Source: Pelagomonas calceolata (Eukaryota). From it: a stretch of 64,000 bases of DNA. This document shows, piece by piece, positions 32,801 to 43,790 of this stretch (its first letter is position 1; each line of letters opens with the position of its first letter). A program made the translations under genes and the position numbers. The stretch is taken from the NCBI GenBank assembly GCA_918797485.1, contig CAKKNE010000004.1, positions 4,030,001 through 4,094,000 on the forward strand, written 5' to 3'. The notes under the pieces were generated by a model. The model saw only the letters and a list, made by a program, of their open reading frames with translations, did not search any database and was not told the origin of the DNA.

Positions 32801-33100
32801 CGACCGCTATCACTATTTTTCAGGCACGTGCACGCTAACAATTGGGCGTCGTTGTGAGAAGGAGGCTGCGCAGCGCACCCATCGCTGCGAATCGATAGCG
32901 CAACTGCAGCGGCGCAACGCATAGATTCCCATAGCACGAGTTTGCGACCCTTTTCAACCAGAGCTGCAGCGAGCGGCGCGCGTCAATCAAAACGCATCGT
33001 CATCGTTTCGTCGAGTCGCAATATACCACTCTTGAGCTGGACGGCGAGCGGCGCAACTCTCGAAGCACATCGACATCGGTGCTTCGACAGAGGCGCGACG

Positions 33101-35023
33101 ATGCCCCGCAAGACGCCAAGCAAAAAGAGCCCAAAAAAACGGAGCACCAAAGGCAGCACCGACGACGACGAGCCCTCGACGAGCCTCGGTACCGTGTTCC
33201 GGGAGAGCGGCGGATTAGCAGCTATCGTAGCGGCCGCGGCCGTCGGCGTGAAAGCAGGATATGCGCACTACGTCCTCCTCGTCTTGGTACTCTACGTCGT
33301 GACCAACGAAGGAAGGAGAAACGCCGTCGTGCACTGGTGGTGCCGCGCCCTGAGGCCATTCACGCCGAATCAAAGGAGGGCGTTCTGGCTGCTGCAATTC
33401 TTATCGATTTTTGCGGACATCACGCGCTACGGCCCGGAGTTCAAGGATTATATAAGAAATGTAACCCTGGACCCGTGGCGGCGGCCTCAATTAGTCGGCG
33501 CGGCCTGGCTCTGGTGCGAGGAGCGGGACCTGTCGCTGTTCGCGCCACCATCTGGAAAGGGCGCCCTACCTTTGGTAGACTTGCTGGCTAGGCGTCTCAC
33601 AAACGTGCCTTTGGATCAATGTCGGAGAAGGATGACGTTGGTTGGTTGGGTGACCGGCGTGGGGCATTTACTGGGCGTCGTCGGCGTCTTCCCGCGGTTA
33701 TCAGCACTCATCGCCGGATCATCATTGCTCTTCCTGCAAGCGTTGCATCAGCTCGGGAGCGGTTCGAACCACCGGTGGTTATTACCTTCATTATCAGCGT
33801 TATGTCTATCCATAGACAATAGAAAAGAATCGTATGGACGAAGACTTTTGTTAGTGCTCACGGTGGCCATCTTCGCGAGCGCGGGCTACATGAAGTTGTG
33901 TAATGGCCCGGACTGTTCTATGGAATGGGCCTCGGGTGCATCATTGAGATGGTCCCTCGCCAAACAAAACCCCGTCGAGAGCGGACTTTATATGAGAGAA
34001 TTGCTCCGTGATTCTGAGTTGTTGGCGCGACTGGCGTCCATTTCTACATTAATCGTCGAGTGCGGCGCGCCCCTCGCACTACTCGCCACACCCAAAATCA
34101 GGAATCTCCTGTGCTGGGCCTGGGCCGCCTTCCACGTGAATATATTTATTGCGATGCCGAACGTCAATTACTTACCGTCCGCCGTCGTGTATCTTACGTT
34201 GTTGGTGGACTGGGGGTCACCTCAAGAACCCGTCAAAAGACGTGGAGGCTTCGTCAAGGCTATACTGGGGTGCCTCGTCGTCGCAGCGGCCACCATCACC
34301 ACAGCAACTAGATCACAGGCCTGGCCCTTCACGTGCCTGCCCATGTTCTCGCCGAGACGAGACTCGTCATGGAGCAAAGAATGCATGACCTTGAATCAAA
34401 CAAGAATTTTTATGAAAGAGCGCCATGCCACGACGATGGCGTCGCGGCAGTGGGCCTCGGTACTACTAACGTGGTACGACCCCGTGGACCACGTTATTTT
34501 ACATGGGCCATTTGCGGACGGCGGGCATGAGTTACGCAAGTACGGGAAGCTGATGCGGGTCTTGAGCGCGGAGTTGCGCTACCAGGAAGCACACGCGCGG
34601 TCGTACGACGGCGGGAGGGCGCCGGCCGCCTTCGCCTTGGATGATGCGATCCTGGCCGACGCGTCGTCGCAGGAGTCGCTGGCGTCGTATTGTGCGTATG
34701 CCAACGCTACTGACGAACTGGCGAGGTGCGCTTCTGTCGCACATCGGCTGAAGAAAGTGGCCGCTCCCTCGGAGAAACCAAAACCGAAGGCCGTGCTCGT
34801 GGCGGCTTCATTAACGCACCGTCAGTGCGGCCCCGAGGGCCCGCGGGACGCTGTCGTCGCTGTTAGGCGTATTGACGGCGCCGCTCCGTGCTCCATACCG
34901 GGCGCGGCCCTCACAGCATACTGGACGGCCGACGCCGAGAACGTGCCCGAAGGCCGGCAGCCGGCCCTCGACGTGACGCGAGCCTTCTGCCAGCATCTCA
35001 CGGGCATCTCAAGGTACTATTAA
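33101..35023 (+). CDS. Multi-pass membrane protein, HTTM-domain-like
   Basis: SAGYMKL...W, VECGAPL...FHVNI and WPFTCLPMFS patterns; many TM segments. Confidence 0.65.
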   Translation: MPRKTPSKKSPKKRSTKGSTDDDEPSTSLGTVFRESGGLAAIVAAAAVGVKAGYAHYVLLVLVLYVVTNEGRRNAVVHWWCRALRPFTPNQRRAFWLLQFLSIFADITRYGPEFKDYIRNVTLDPWRRPQLVGAAWLWCEERDLSLFAPPSGKGALPLVDLLARRLTNVPLDQCRRRMTLVGWVTGVGHLLGVVGVFPRLSALIAGSSLLFLQALHQLGSGSNHRWLLPSLSALCLSIDNRKESYGRRLLLVLTVAIFASAGYMKLCNGPDCSMEWASGASLRWSLAKQNPVESGLYMRELLRDSELLARLASISTLIVECGAPLALLATPKIRNLLCWAWAAFHVNIFIAMPNVNYLPSAVVYLTLLVDWGSPQEPVKRRGGFVKAILGCLVVAAATITTATRSQAWPFTCLPMFSPRRDSSWSKECMTLNQTRIFMKERHATTMASRQWASVLLTWYDPVDHVILHGPFADGGHELRKYGKLMRVLSAELRYQEAHARSYDGGRAPAAFALDDAILADASSQESLASYCAYANATDELARCASVAHRLKKVAAPSEKPKPKAVLVAASLTHRQCGPEGPRDAVVAVRRIDGAAPCSIPGAALTAYWTADAENVPEGRQPALDVTRAFCQHLTGISRYY

Positions 35024-35025
35024 CA

Positions 35026-37578
35026 TTACTCATTTCTCACAATCGCCGTAGCGTAGCACACTTCGCCGTTCGCCTCGGATGCGTAGGCGCGCGTGCCGTC
35101 GGCCGCCCAGAGCACGTACTCCCGTATTGTCGGTGGAGGGAGGAAGCCGTCCGTGGCGGCGTAGGAGCGCAGGACATTGGCCACGGCGCGCCTCTCATTC
35201 AGATCATCTACTGCGACGGATTTCGCGGCGAGGAGGCGCTCGGCTAGATATTTGGCATCCTCACCATCACCCAACCTTGAAAGCAAAGCCGTCGCCCGGC
35301 CCATGAGCCCTTCGGCCGCGGCGACGGCCGCTATCAAGGAAGACGCTGCACCGATCACTGAAGAATCACACTCGACGCCAACCATGTCCGCCGTCTCCGT
35401 CCGTTCCACGGCCTCGACCAGGGAAGCACATTTTAAATCAACCTGCTCGATGGCCGCCTCCACGCACGCCAGCGGTATACACGCATCTCGTAACACGAAG
35501 ACGGCCGTCGTGGCCGCACAAGCTAATAGTTGCCCGAGGACCCAGCGCGGCCGCGCCGTTTCCAGCGCGTGCAGGGCGGCCTCCGCCTCGTTCTCAGCGT
35601 CGAAGAGCGGTTTCAAATCAGAACACGGCGTCGCTTCCACCACATCCCATAAAGCTTCGACCTGAGGATCCACGTCAGTGTCGGGCTCACAAGCGGCGGG
35701 ATGGGCCCACCTCCAAAAATCCGCGACGGTCGCGTGCGGGTGGCTCGCCTTGAAAGCGCCGACGTCGGACGCGACCGTTGCCAAGCGCAGGTCCTCGCGC
35801 CTCTTCGCCGCTGCGTCGCCGTCGCCGTGGCGGTCCAGCTCATCAGCCTCTCGTTCCAGCTTCGGGGAGCAGGCGATCTGGACCGCCATGCCATCTTTCT
35901 GAGAAGTAGCTTCCGACGAGGAGCACCTTATTGACAAATCTACGGTCGCGATCAGTTTCTGCAAGGCGCAACCCGTTTCCAGGGCACCTACACTATCACA
36001 GACGTCCACCCGGCGACGCCCGCAGTATACCGATGAAGCGCTCCTTTCTCGCAAGGCGCCGCCATCTTCAGGCAAGCTCGGTGTGTAACAGAGCGGCCGT
36101 TTCGCATCCCACCTTGATCGTAACGCCTCGAGGAACGTCGCCCAGACGCAACTCATGGCTTCCAGGGAAGAGAGGCCGCCCAGCCGCAACGCTAATAGGG
36201 CCAACGCGTCGTGGGCGCCGCACGTCTTTGCCGAGGTGGTCGTGGGCGCACACGCGTCGTCGTCCTCCTCTTCCTCATCAGAATCCATGGCCGGTCTTGA
36301 ATCTCCAAGGACCTCCCGCACCAAAGCGTCCAGGCGGTCCGGGATTATAGTTTTTGTCCGGCCAGCTAGCAAACGAGCGGTCTCAGCGAAGGGCCCGTCC
36401 TCGAGGTCACCTGCGAAGTTATCTAACGTAGCATCGCTCGGATTCGCATCGGCCAGTAGTTTCGCGGCGGATAAGGCTGAAAGAATATCGGCCAGCGGCG
36501 TTTCCTCGTCGTCAAAACGAACCGAAGCCGTCCACGCCGGGCACCGCAACTCGTCGAACGACGTGGGATGCGTCACGAAGGCGTCGTCGATCAATTGGGA
36601 AGCGTTTCTAGGCGGCCAGCGCGCTTGCACGGTTACTGCTGATAAAGGTTCCCGCGCGGCGCCCCACAACGGTTCGTTGCGCCGATACTCGGCGCCCGCC
36701 AAGCGAGCCCCCACTCCGACAGGTTGCGTGCGCCAGCGTTGTCTCACTCTAGAAGCCCCAAAGGCCGGCTCGGGCGGTCGCTCGCGGGACCACGTCCTCA
36801 TTGCCGCTATGAAACACTGGTCCGACTTTTGACAGACCTTCGCCACGAGGTCGTGGCAGCGCAGGCCGCGGCCTTCTTCCATGTCGACACTGATATCCGC
36901 CGCTGCACTGCGCGCCGCCGACGCCCCCCTTATGACCACAGTGCGGTCGTCCCTTTCCACGACGACCACCGGCACCCTTGCTCTAGTCTGCGCCAGGGCC
37001 AGCGCCGCCGCCGCGAGGATGGTGCGAGAGCGAGCATCCACATCCTCCGGCGCTTTCACGAGCTCCACGATCTTGTCGAGGTGGTCTCCTTTCACGACGT
37101 CGCGGGCCGCCCGTACGAGTAACGTCGAACCCTCCTCCACTTTACGCGTCAGGCGGCTCTTGTGCGTCGCGTTCGTGATCACCAGCGCCTCGCGCATGCC
37201 GAAGAGGCTCCTTAATGTTTTCATTGTTTCTTCATCTCTTTCAGCATCAAAGAAGCAGCTCCAATCAGCACAAGGCCCGAAGTCGTCTTCACAAAATTGA
37301 TCGGGATGCTGCGGCGGCCACGCCGGCGCCCGGCCGTCGCTATGCAACGCAATATCATATGATCTACCTTCCAAGTCCCGCGTCGTCCTACGAGTGGTAC
37401 TGCTTCTCCTGAGAAACTGGCCGTCGTCATTCGCGCCCCAGTGTTCTAACGCGTCCGCGAGGATGCCGACGCCCCGTTCGAACGGCGTCGCCTGGGAGTA
37501 GTCCTCGTAGATCTCCGCTCTTGTTTCGTTTTCGTCGAGCTGGCGCAGGGCGCTGGGGTCTCTTAGTATTTGCGCCAT
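35026..37578 (-). CDS. RAB3GAP1: Rab3 GTPase-activating protein catalytic subunit-like
   Basis: N-terminal EDYSQATPFER; SDVGAFKASHP...DFWRWAHP; KPLFDAENEAEAALH. Confidence 0.75.
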   Translation of the reverse strand: MAQILRDPSALRQLDENETRAEIYEDYSQATPFERGVGILADALEHWGANDDGQFLRRSSTTRRTTRDLEGRSYDIALHSDGRAPAWPPQHPDQFCEDDFGPCADWSCFFDAERDEETMKTLRSLFGMREALVITNATHKSRLTRKVEEGSTLLVRAARDVVKGDHLDKIVELVKAPEDVDARSRTILAAAALALAQTRARVPVVVVERDDRTVVIRGASAARSAAADISVDMEEGRGLRCHDLVAKVCQKSDQCFIAAMRTWSRERPPEPAFGASRVRQRWRTQPVGVGARLAGAEYRRNEPLWGAAREPLSAVTVQARWPPRNASQLIDDAFVTHPTSFDELRCPAWTASVRFDDEETPLADILSALSAAKLLADANPSDATLDNFAGDLEDGPFAETARLLAGRTKTIIPDRLDALVREVLGDSRPAMDSDEEEEDDDACAPTTTSAKTCGAHDALALLALRLGGLSSLEAMSCVWATFLEALRSRWDAKRPLCYTPSLPEDGGALRERSASSVYCGRRRVDVCDSVGALETGCALQKLIATVDLSIRCSSSEATSQKDGMAVQIACSPKLEREADELDRHGDGDAAAKRREDLRLATVASDVGAFKASHPHATVADFWRWAHPAACEPDTDVDPQVEALWDVVEATPCSDLKPLFDAENEAEAALHALETARPRWVLGQLLACAATTAVFVLRDACIPLACVEAAIEQVDLKCASLVEAVERTETADMVGVECDSSVIGAASSLIAAVAAAEGLMGRATALLSRLGDGEDAKYLAERLLAAKSVAVDDLNERRAVANVLRSYAATDGFLPPPTIREYVLWAADGTRAYASEANGEVCYATAIVRNE

Positions 37579-37973
37579 CGTTCCTGGCGCTGCGAATTAG
37601 TGTGTTTTATGGGCTGGTGTGCTTTGCGAGTAGTTTTTGGGCGTACCGCGTAGGACTTTTCGGCGCTGCCGTCGAAGTGGTGCCCGGGCTACTATTTCCA
37701 CTACTCAAGCCCGAGCCGTAAGCCAGAGCACCCGCGTACACAAGCCTTTTTTGCAAAGCCGAGCTAGCGGAAAGTAAAGGCACTAGCAAGCTGGGCTGTG
37801 TGCGCAGCGCCAGCTTAACCACGTTTTAATCGACACTACAGCTCGTGGATTGGGCATAACGAAAGTCGCACAGCATCTCTACACGCAGCGCTGTACCGTC
37901 TAACCGCCGCGGTATCGATTTCAGCCCTGCTGCACACTGCAGCCTATTTCATCGCCTGCTGCGATCAGCAACG

Positions 37974-38432
37974 ATGGGCAAAGCCAACAAGCAAAAGGCC
38001 AAGAAGTTGGCCAAGAAGCGCGCCAAGACGTTGCTCAAGGCGCGCGACGACGATGCGATGGTCATCGACGAAGAGACGCCCTCCGTCCCGCTCACCGGCC
38101 GCCAGAAGCACGCGCAAAAAGTGGCCGCGAAACGAGCGCTCCGGGCCGCGAAGCAGGACATTCAGCAGCAGCGCTGGGCCATTCCGAAACGGAGCGTCGA
38201 CCGCAAGGCCGAGCGCAAACAGCTTGTCGAGCAGGCGAAGGCGCTCCGCCGCGAGAATTCGGCCGCCGACGCCACCGACGCGCCGGCCCCGCCCGACGAC
38301 GCGCCCATGACCGAGAAACCGGCGTTCGCCTACGCCGTCGACGCGAAGAAGGCGCGAAAGGCCGCGAAACGGCGCGCGAAGGAGCGCGCGCGCGAGGCGC
38401 GATACGACGGCGACGTCCAGAAGACTCCGTAA
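37974..38432 (+). CDS. Basic coiled-coil hypothetical protein
   Basis: 152 aa Lys/Arg-rich ATG-initiated ORF. Confidence 0.65.
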   Translation: MGKANKQKAKKLAKKRAKTLLKARDDDAMVIDEETPSVPLTGRQKHAQKVAAKRALRAAKQDIQQQRWAIPKRSVDRKAERKQLVEQAKALRRENSAADATDAPAPPDDAPMTEKPAFAYAVDAKKARKAAKRRAKERAREARYDGDVQKTP

Positions 38433-38454
38433 CTGTGTTGTTCACAAATCACTC

Positions 38455-39297
38455 TTACGCAGCAAGCCCTTCGAGGTTGCTCAGTAGTTTAAGGCGCGGA
38501 CCGAGCGGTATCTTCATGTCCTGCAGGTCCCGCGCAGTGCAGCACTTCAACGTCTTCAAATCTTCGATCTCCTCGCGCTCGAAGACGGGCCAGTATTTTT
38601 CGCCGACGACGTCTACCACGAACTTGCGCAACGCCTCTTCGTCGGCCTTCGACGACGAGGATTCGTCCGCCGACGAACTCTTCCGCGGCGCCGGCGGCTT
38701 GGCTAGATTTTCCATCATCGATGCCAATGAAGCGGTCTGCGTTTTTCGCCGCGCCGGCGCGCTCGTCGACCGCTTGGCGTCGTTGCCCGCCAGGACCATC
38801 TTCGCGACGGTCGCGACGCGGTCCGCCTCGCCGCTCTCGCACCGTCTCGAACAAAAACCGCCCTCCGGGCACGCGCGCTGGCACTGCTCCGATCTACATA
38901 AAATCTGGAAGTTCGACTCCGAGTCGTCGCGGCCGAGCTTCGACAAACCGACGATGCCCCCGTCGGATTCATCAATATTTCGCAGCGGCGCCGCGCCGGC
39001 GCCGGCCGCCGGCAGACTTCTATAAATTTCGAGGATCTTCGACGCGCTGTTCACGGCGTTGATCGTCTTTTTTGTCGATTTCGTCGACCCTCCCGCACTA
39101 CACAGGCCGTTGCACAGCTCCTTGAACCGCGTGTCGAGCATCACTTTCCTTCGGCACAGCGCGCAGCGACTGCCGTCCTTGGGCGGCACGGGGCACTCCT
39201 TGGCGGCGTCCTCGAGCTGGCTGAATTTTTGCTTGAAGGTTTCTAAGGATGCGGCGTCGTTTATTCCTAGGCGTTTTGCCCATTCGTTTGCTCCCAT
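38455..39297 (-). CDS. SAM-domain protein with Cys clusters
   Basis: C-terminal EKYWPVFEREEIEDL...DLQDMKIPLGPRLKLL. Confidence 0.75.
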   Translation of the reverse strand: MGANEWAKRLGINDAASLETFKQKFSQLEDAAKECPVPPKDGSRCALCRRKVMLDTRFKELCNGLCSAGGSTKSTKKTINAVNSASKILEIYRSLPAAGAGAAPLRNIDESDGGIVGLSKLGRDDSESNFQILCRSEQCQRACPEGGFCSRRCESGEADRVATVAKMVLAGNDAKRSTSAPARRKTQTASLASMMENLAKPPAPRKSSSADESSSSKADEEALRKFVVDVVGEKYWPVFEREEIEDLKTLKCCTARDLQDMKIPLGPRLKLLSNLEGLAA

Positions 39298-39665
39298 GTT
39301 ACCGCGTCACGCCTGGTGTGGCCTTGGGCGCACGGGCTGTACTCTAAAGCGTGGCAGGGCGTCCGCGCAGGTGCCGAGGACGCGCTGACGTCGCGTCGGT
39401 ACACGGGGCGTGCGCCGCGGCGTTTTTCTCGCAGTGAGAGCGGCAGAGCACAGTACACCTGTTTGCGGCGCACGGCGGCAGACGTCACAGGAACGCGTGC
39501 AGCGCGCGTTCAGATAACGTTCCAGCGCCCGTGCAGCGTCTGGCGTGTAGCGTCGGGCGTGTGGGGTGCTGTTCCAGCGCTCGGCGGTGGCCTTGTGCCT
39601 CCTTGCTTCAGGAGCTGTTGTCCTGTCCCGCACGCAACGCCTACGCGCACTAGTACAAAGCATTC

Positions 39666-40235
39666 TTACAACCCGTCATCCATATCGTCGAGGTGCGAGA
39701 GCGACACGGCAGCTTGCTTCGGCTGCGCGGCACCGCCGGCGCGACGCGGTCGCTTCCGAAACCTCGGCGCCGCGTCGTCGGGCACGTCGTCGGCAGGCGC
39801 CTCGCCGCCGCCACCTTTCCGCTCCCTCAGCTCTCGCAGGAAGGACATCGCAGCCCCTCGCTCCGCGGCAGCGGACGACGGCTGGCCCAACGTCTCGATG
39901 GTGTATCCCGGTTTGGGCGGCGGCCGGCGCGGCGCATTCCCCTTCCGACGCGGCTTCTTTGCTGGTCGTCGCGACGATGGCGCGGCTGGTGCCGCCGCCG
40001 GCGCCTCGAGCGCGGCCAGCGTCGGTGGCGCCGGCACGGCCGCGCCGGAGAGCGTGTGGTTCAGCGACCCGAACACGTCGTCGAGGCGCTGCGCGTGCGA
40101 TTGCGCGCCCGATTTGCCGCTGCTAATCCGCGACGACGACGCGTCTTCGGGCGCGATGTCTGCAAAGAGCTTTGTGAGCCTTGCGTCACACTTCGTCGCA
40201 CCCTTGCCGCGTCGCGTGCTGCCACACGCATCCAT
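39666..40235 (-). CDS. TSSC4-like (U5 snRNP-associated) protein
   Basis: QRLDDVFGSL, YTIETL...AAMSFLREL and C-terminal VSLSHLDD resemble TSSC4 blocks. Confidence 0.55.
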   Translation of the reverse strand: MDACGSTRRGKGATKCDARLTKLFADIAPEDASSSRISSGKSGAQSHAQRLDDVFGSLNHTLSGAAVPAPPTLAALEAPAAAPAAPSSRRPAKKPRRKGNAPRRPPPKPGYTIETLGQPSSAAAERGAAMSFLRELRERKGGGGEAPADDVPDDAAPRFRKRPRRAGGAAQPKQAAVSLSHLDDMDDGL

Positions 40236-40533
40236 TCTTACACCACAGCGCCGCACGCGTAGCGCACGCTTGAGAGGCTCACAGCTCCCCGTGGACTGCG
40301 GCGAGCAGCGATTGCTTTCGGATTGCGATGAGGACTGTAGCTTACGCCCGCGAACACTGTTCGCTTGACGGCTGACTGATGCACCGCTGCAAAAGCGCCG
40401 CGCTGCGGAGCGAGCTAGTGTAGAGAGCTACTAGCTTCACTCGTCTACGCGGCGTAGCCTTTATAAGCACCGTACGGCTGCCCAACACCGTCGCAACCAA
40501 CCCAAACAACATCATACGATGGCCTGACGAGCG

Positions 40534-41646
40534 ATGCGAGCGCTGCTTTTAGTAGCAGGGGCTGCCCAAGCCCTGATAGCCCGGCACCTCCTGAACGGCA
40601 CCTGCGCATCACTATCGAAACGCCTCGACGACAGCTTCCTTGTACCTCGTTTAGAAAAAGCATTACAAGCGGCCAAGCCACCGGCCGTCCAGGTCTTCGC
40701 CAACGCCGCGCACTCCATTCTTCTCGAGAACTTTTTATGTGGCCTACCTAGGAAGGACTTGCGGGACCATGTTGTTGTGTGGGCCGCGGACGCGGAAACG
40801 AATGGGAGAATGCGTCGCTATTTACCAGCGGCACGCGTCGTCGACGTGTCGAGTGCGTTCGGTTCCAGCGAAGATGCACCTTTCCAGAGCGAGGCCTATG
40901 CCGAGTTCGCGGCCGTCAAGGCCCTCATGCCCCACGCCGCGGCGGCGCTGGGCTTTTCAACCCTGACGCAGGACGCCGACGTCGTCTGGCTCGCCGACGT
41001 GCCCGCTTATCTCAGACGGTTCCATGCGGCATCGATGGCGGACTCGCCGCGCGTCGACACTCGTACAAGGCCATGTAGAAGGAAGGAGGCGGATTTGCTG
41101 AGGGCGTATTTAACCACGGATAAACAGCGGGCGGACCACGACGCTTCACTCCTCGCGAAGGGCAAGTTTGTTTACGACGATGAGGCTTGTAGGAGGCACC
41201 GCTGTTTTGATAGTGTGAACGGCGGCTTCCTTTTCTATAGGAATGGTCTCGTGTCGAACGCGCTGGCGGCCTGGGCCGGGTCCTGCGCGTCGATCGTCAA
41301 AGGCCGCGAGAACCAACCTTCTCTGGTTCATGCTTTGAAGGGGACGTTACCACGAGACGGCTGCCTCTACGACGAAGATATGAGAAATACGACGACGAAG
41401 ACCTGGCCGGCGCCTTTAACATCAGACCTCGTCGTGCTCAACCAGGACCTCTTCGTGTCCGGGCGGCGCGCGGCCTTCGCGCGCGAGGCCTTGCATCGGA
41501 ACGAGCTCCTCGCCTTCCACGCGAATTTTCTCTACGGCTGGCGCGCGAAGTGCGAGAAGCTCCGGAAGTTGGGGCTGCTGTTCGTGGGCGTTCCGCGGGG
41601 GGACGTGTGCCGCGACCCGGCGGCGGCGACTTGTAAGAGTAGGTGA
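40534..41646 (+). CDS. Nucleotide-diphospho-sugar transferase (GT77-like)
   Basis: Signal peptide; QDADVVW, NGGFLFYR, ENQ and FHANF...K motifs. Confidence 0.8.
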   Translation: MRALLLVAGAAQALIARHLLNGTCASLSKRLDDSFLVPRLEKALQAAKPPAVQVFANAAHSILLENFLCGLPRKDLRDHVVVWAADAETNGRMRRYLPAARVVDVSSAFGSSEDAPFQSEAYAEFAAVKALMPHAAAALGFSTLTQDADVVWLADVPAYLRRFHAASMADSPRVDTRTRPCRRKEADLLRAYLTTDKQRADHDASLLAKGKFVYDDEACRRHRCFDSVNGGFLFYRNGLVSNALAAWAGSCASIVKGRENQPSLVHALKGTLPRDGCLYDEDMRNTTTKTWPAPLTSDLVVLNQDLFVSGRRAAFAREALHRNELLAFHANFLYGWRAKCEKLRKLGLLFVGVPRGDVCRDPAAATCKSR

Positions 41647-41656
41647 TTGTCTTAGT

Positions 41657-42193
41657 CTAGCCCCCGAGATGGTCCAGTTTCTCCCTCAGCTCCGCAATCT
41701 CGACCTTCTTTCGGAGCGTCTTCAGCTGCTCGTCGAGCTGCTCGTCCGATACAGCTTCGCTAAATTTTTCGCCGCCCATAGCAAGTTGATGGAGCTTGTC
41801 CTGCTCTTGCGAGATTGCAAGCTTCTTCAGAGCGGTAGCATAAAGCTCCTCGCATGTCGGCGACGTCGCCTTGGGGTGGACCTCGCCATGGGACGTGCAC
41901 CGGTAGCCGTCGCCCTGGTCCAGACAGAGCGGGCAGTGCTTGGACGGACAATTGGCGTTGCTCGTGGAGTCGGGGTCGCACGTCTTCTTGTCGCACGTCG
42001 CGTCGCCGTTCCAGCCGTGGTGATTGTAGAATGCAGTGTCCTTGCTCGGCCGAGAGGGCGCCAACGCGACCACGGCGAGCGAGCCAATCACGAAGGACAC
42101 GAAGGCCGCCGCGCCGAGGATCGTCTTGAGGCTGAGTTTGACCTCGCGATTGAGGATGGGCTCGTCTTTTTGGGTTATGGTCGAGTAGTTCAT
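41657..42193 (-). CDS. Type II membrane hypothetical protein with Cys-rich segment
   Basis: N-terminal TM segment, CDKKTC...CPSKHCPLC, coiled-coil tail. Confidence 0.6.
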   Translation of the reverse strand: MNYSTITQKDEPILNREVKLSLKTILGAAAFVSFVIGSLAVVALAPSRPSKDTAFYNHHGWNGDATCDKKTCDPDSTSNANCPSKHCPLCLDQGDGYRCTSHGEVHPKATSPTCEELYATALKKLAISQEQDKLHQLAMGGEKFSEAVSDEQLDEQLKTLRKKVEIAELREKLDHLGG

Positions 42194-42422
42194 TGTTTTT
42201 GTCTCAATCTTGCGCTCTCCGCCGCGCTCAGTGTTGTCGACTGATACTTTGATAAGGCGCGAGAGCTTCGCGAATCTCCTTGCGACTGGAACGGCTGAAC
42301 AGGCCGGAAACTTGGGAACAGGAACCCGATCTAGTGTCTTACACGACGCTAGCTGGTGGCAGGCGCAGAGCTGGCAAAATACTGCAGCCACGCATCTCTG
42401 CAAGCAGCACGCTGCCGCAGCG

Positions 42423-43763
42423 ATGGCCAAACTACAAAAAAACGCACAACTCTGGGTGCTGGTGGTCGTAGTCCTCCTCGATCTACTCGCAGTCTCCTTG
42501 GTCGTGCCGCTATTGCCAGCGCGGTATCGAGAATTAGGCGTCGGCGCGAAAGCGCTCGGATTCGCGAGCTCCGCCTACTCATTGGCGCAAATCGTCGGCG
42601 GCCTCGCACTCGGGGCGCTCTCGGACCGGTCGCTCGGCCACCGCGGCCTCTTATTGCTCTCCTTCGTCGGCGCGGCCACGGCGTATGCCATCGTTGGCTG
42701 GCCCGGCGCGACGTTCTATACGCTCGTGGGGTCGCGCGTCGTCGTGGGGCTGTGCAAGCAGACGATGACGGCGTCGACGGCGCTGGTTGCTGAGCTGACC
42801 TGTGTGGAATTCAACCAGTGAGTTAAGTATACCTGGGGCGCCGGAAATTTGATTTCCCCACAGGAACTGACCGCGCCCGGTCCCGAGCGCGCGACGTGGG
42901 TCGGGAGGATATCTTCGGCCTCCCAGGCGTCGTGGCTCGTGGGCCAATCCATAGGCGCGTATCTCAACCGGTTCGGCGACCCGCGAGTCCCGTCGGCGGT
43001 CGCGGTCGGCCTCTACGTCGTCTGTTTCGTCGTCGCGTCGGCGACGCTGCCCACAGGGCACATAACACAAAAAAAGACGATGAAGCGGCAAGATACGACG
43101 TCCGTCCTCACTGCGTCGCGCGCCGTCGCGGCCACCGCGGGCGCACGGCTCGCCGTGGCCTTCGCCATGCGAGCGGCCATGGTCACGCGGCAGGTCTATG
43201 AACTGGAAAGGTGGGACCTCTCGCGCTCCGACTACGCGAGCTTTGGGCTGTTTAAATCAATCACGGGCATCGCCGCGTCGTGGGGCCTTGCCGGCCCGCT
43301 CTCGCGGCGGTTCTGCCAGGGCTGCGGCACGGAACACCTCGTGAAGGGCGCCGCCGCTGTCGCCGTGGTCGCGGCGCTGGCCGAGGCAGCGCCGTGGCCA
43401 CGATCACCCACTGGCGTCGAGGGCATCGCAGCCAAAGCGCTCGCGGACCCGTCGCTCCTCGTCTACGCTTGTGTGATTTTTCCGCTTAAGACCGCTGCGG
43501 GGCAAGTCGCCACGATAGCGCTGCGCGCCCGTTTCACGGAGGTCGTGCCCGCATCAGATACGGCCGGCGCGCTGGCGGCGCTCGACGTGGCATCGAGCGC
43601 GATCGGCGTCGCCGCACCGATTGTCGGCGGCTTCGCCTTCGACGGCGTACCGGTTCCAAGGCAGCCTTTGGTAGCCGCAACGTTCTACGGTGCGGCTTTG
43701 TTCGCAATACTTGCGTTGTTCGCGTTCGAAAAACGACCAGCCGGGACGAAGAAGGAAGACTAA
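42423..43763 (+). CDS. MFS transporter (DHA1/TetA-like), 2 exons
   Basis: LLDLLAVSLVVPLLP, motif A-like GALSDRSLGHR, SRVVVG; exons ~42423-42791 and 42864-43763. Confidence 0.88.
42800..42863 (+). mobile_element. Very short introner element (64 bp) with 8-bp TSD
   Basis: TIRs CTGTGTGGAATTCAA / TTGATTTCCCCACAG; flanks GAGCTGAC (42792-99) and GAACTGAC (42864-71). Confidence 0.88.
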
Positions 43764-43790
43764 ACTTAGTGTAGTTAAATACAACATGGC

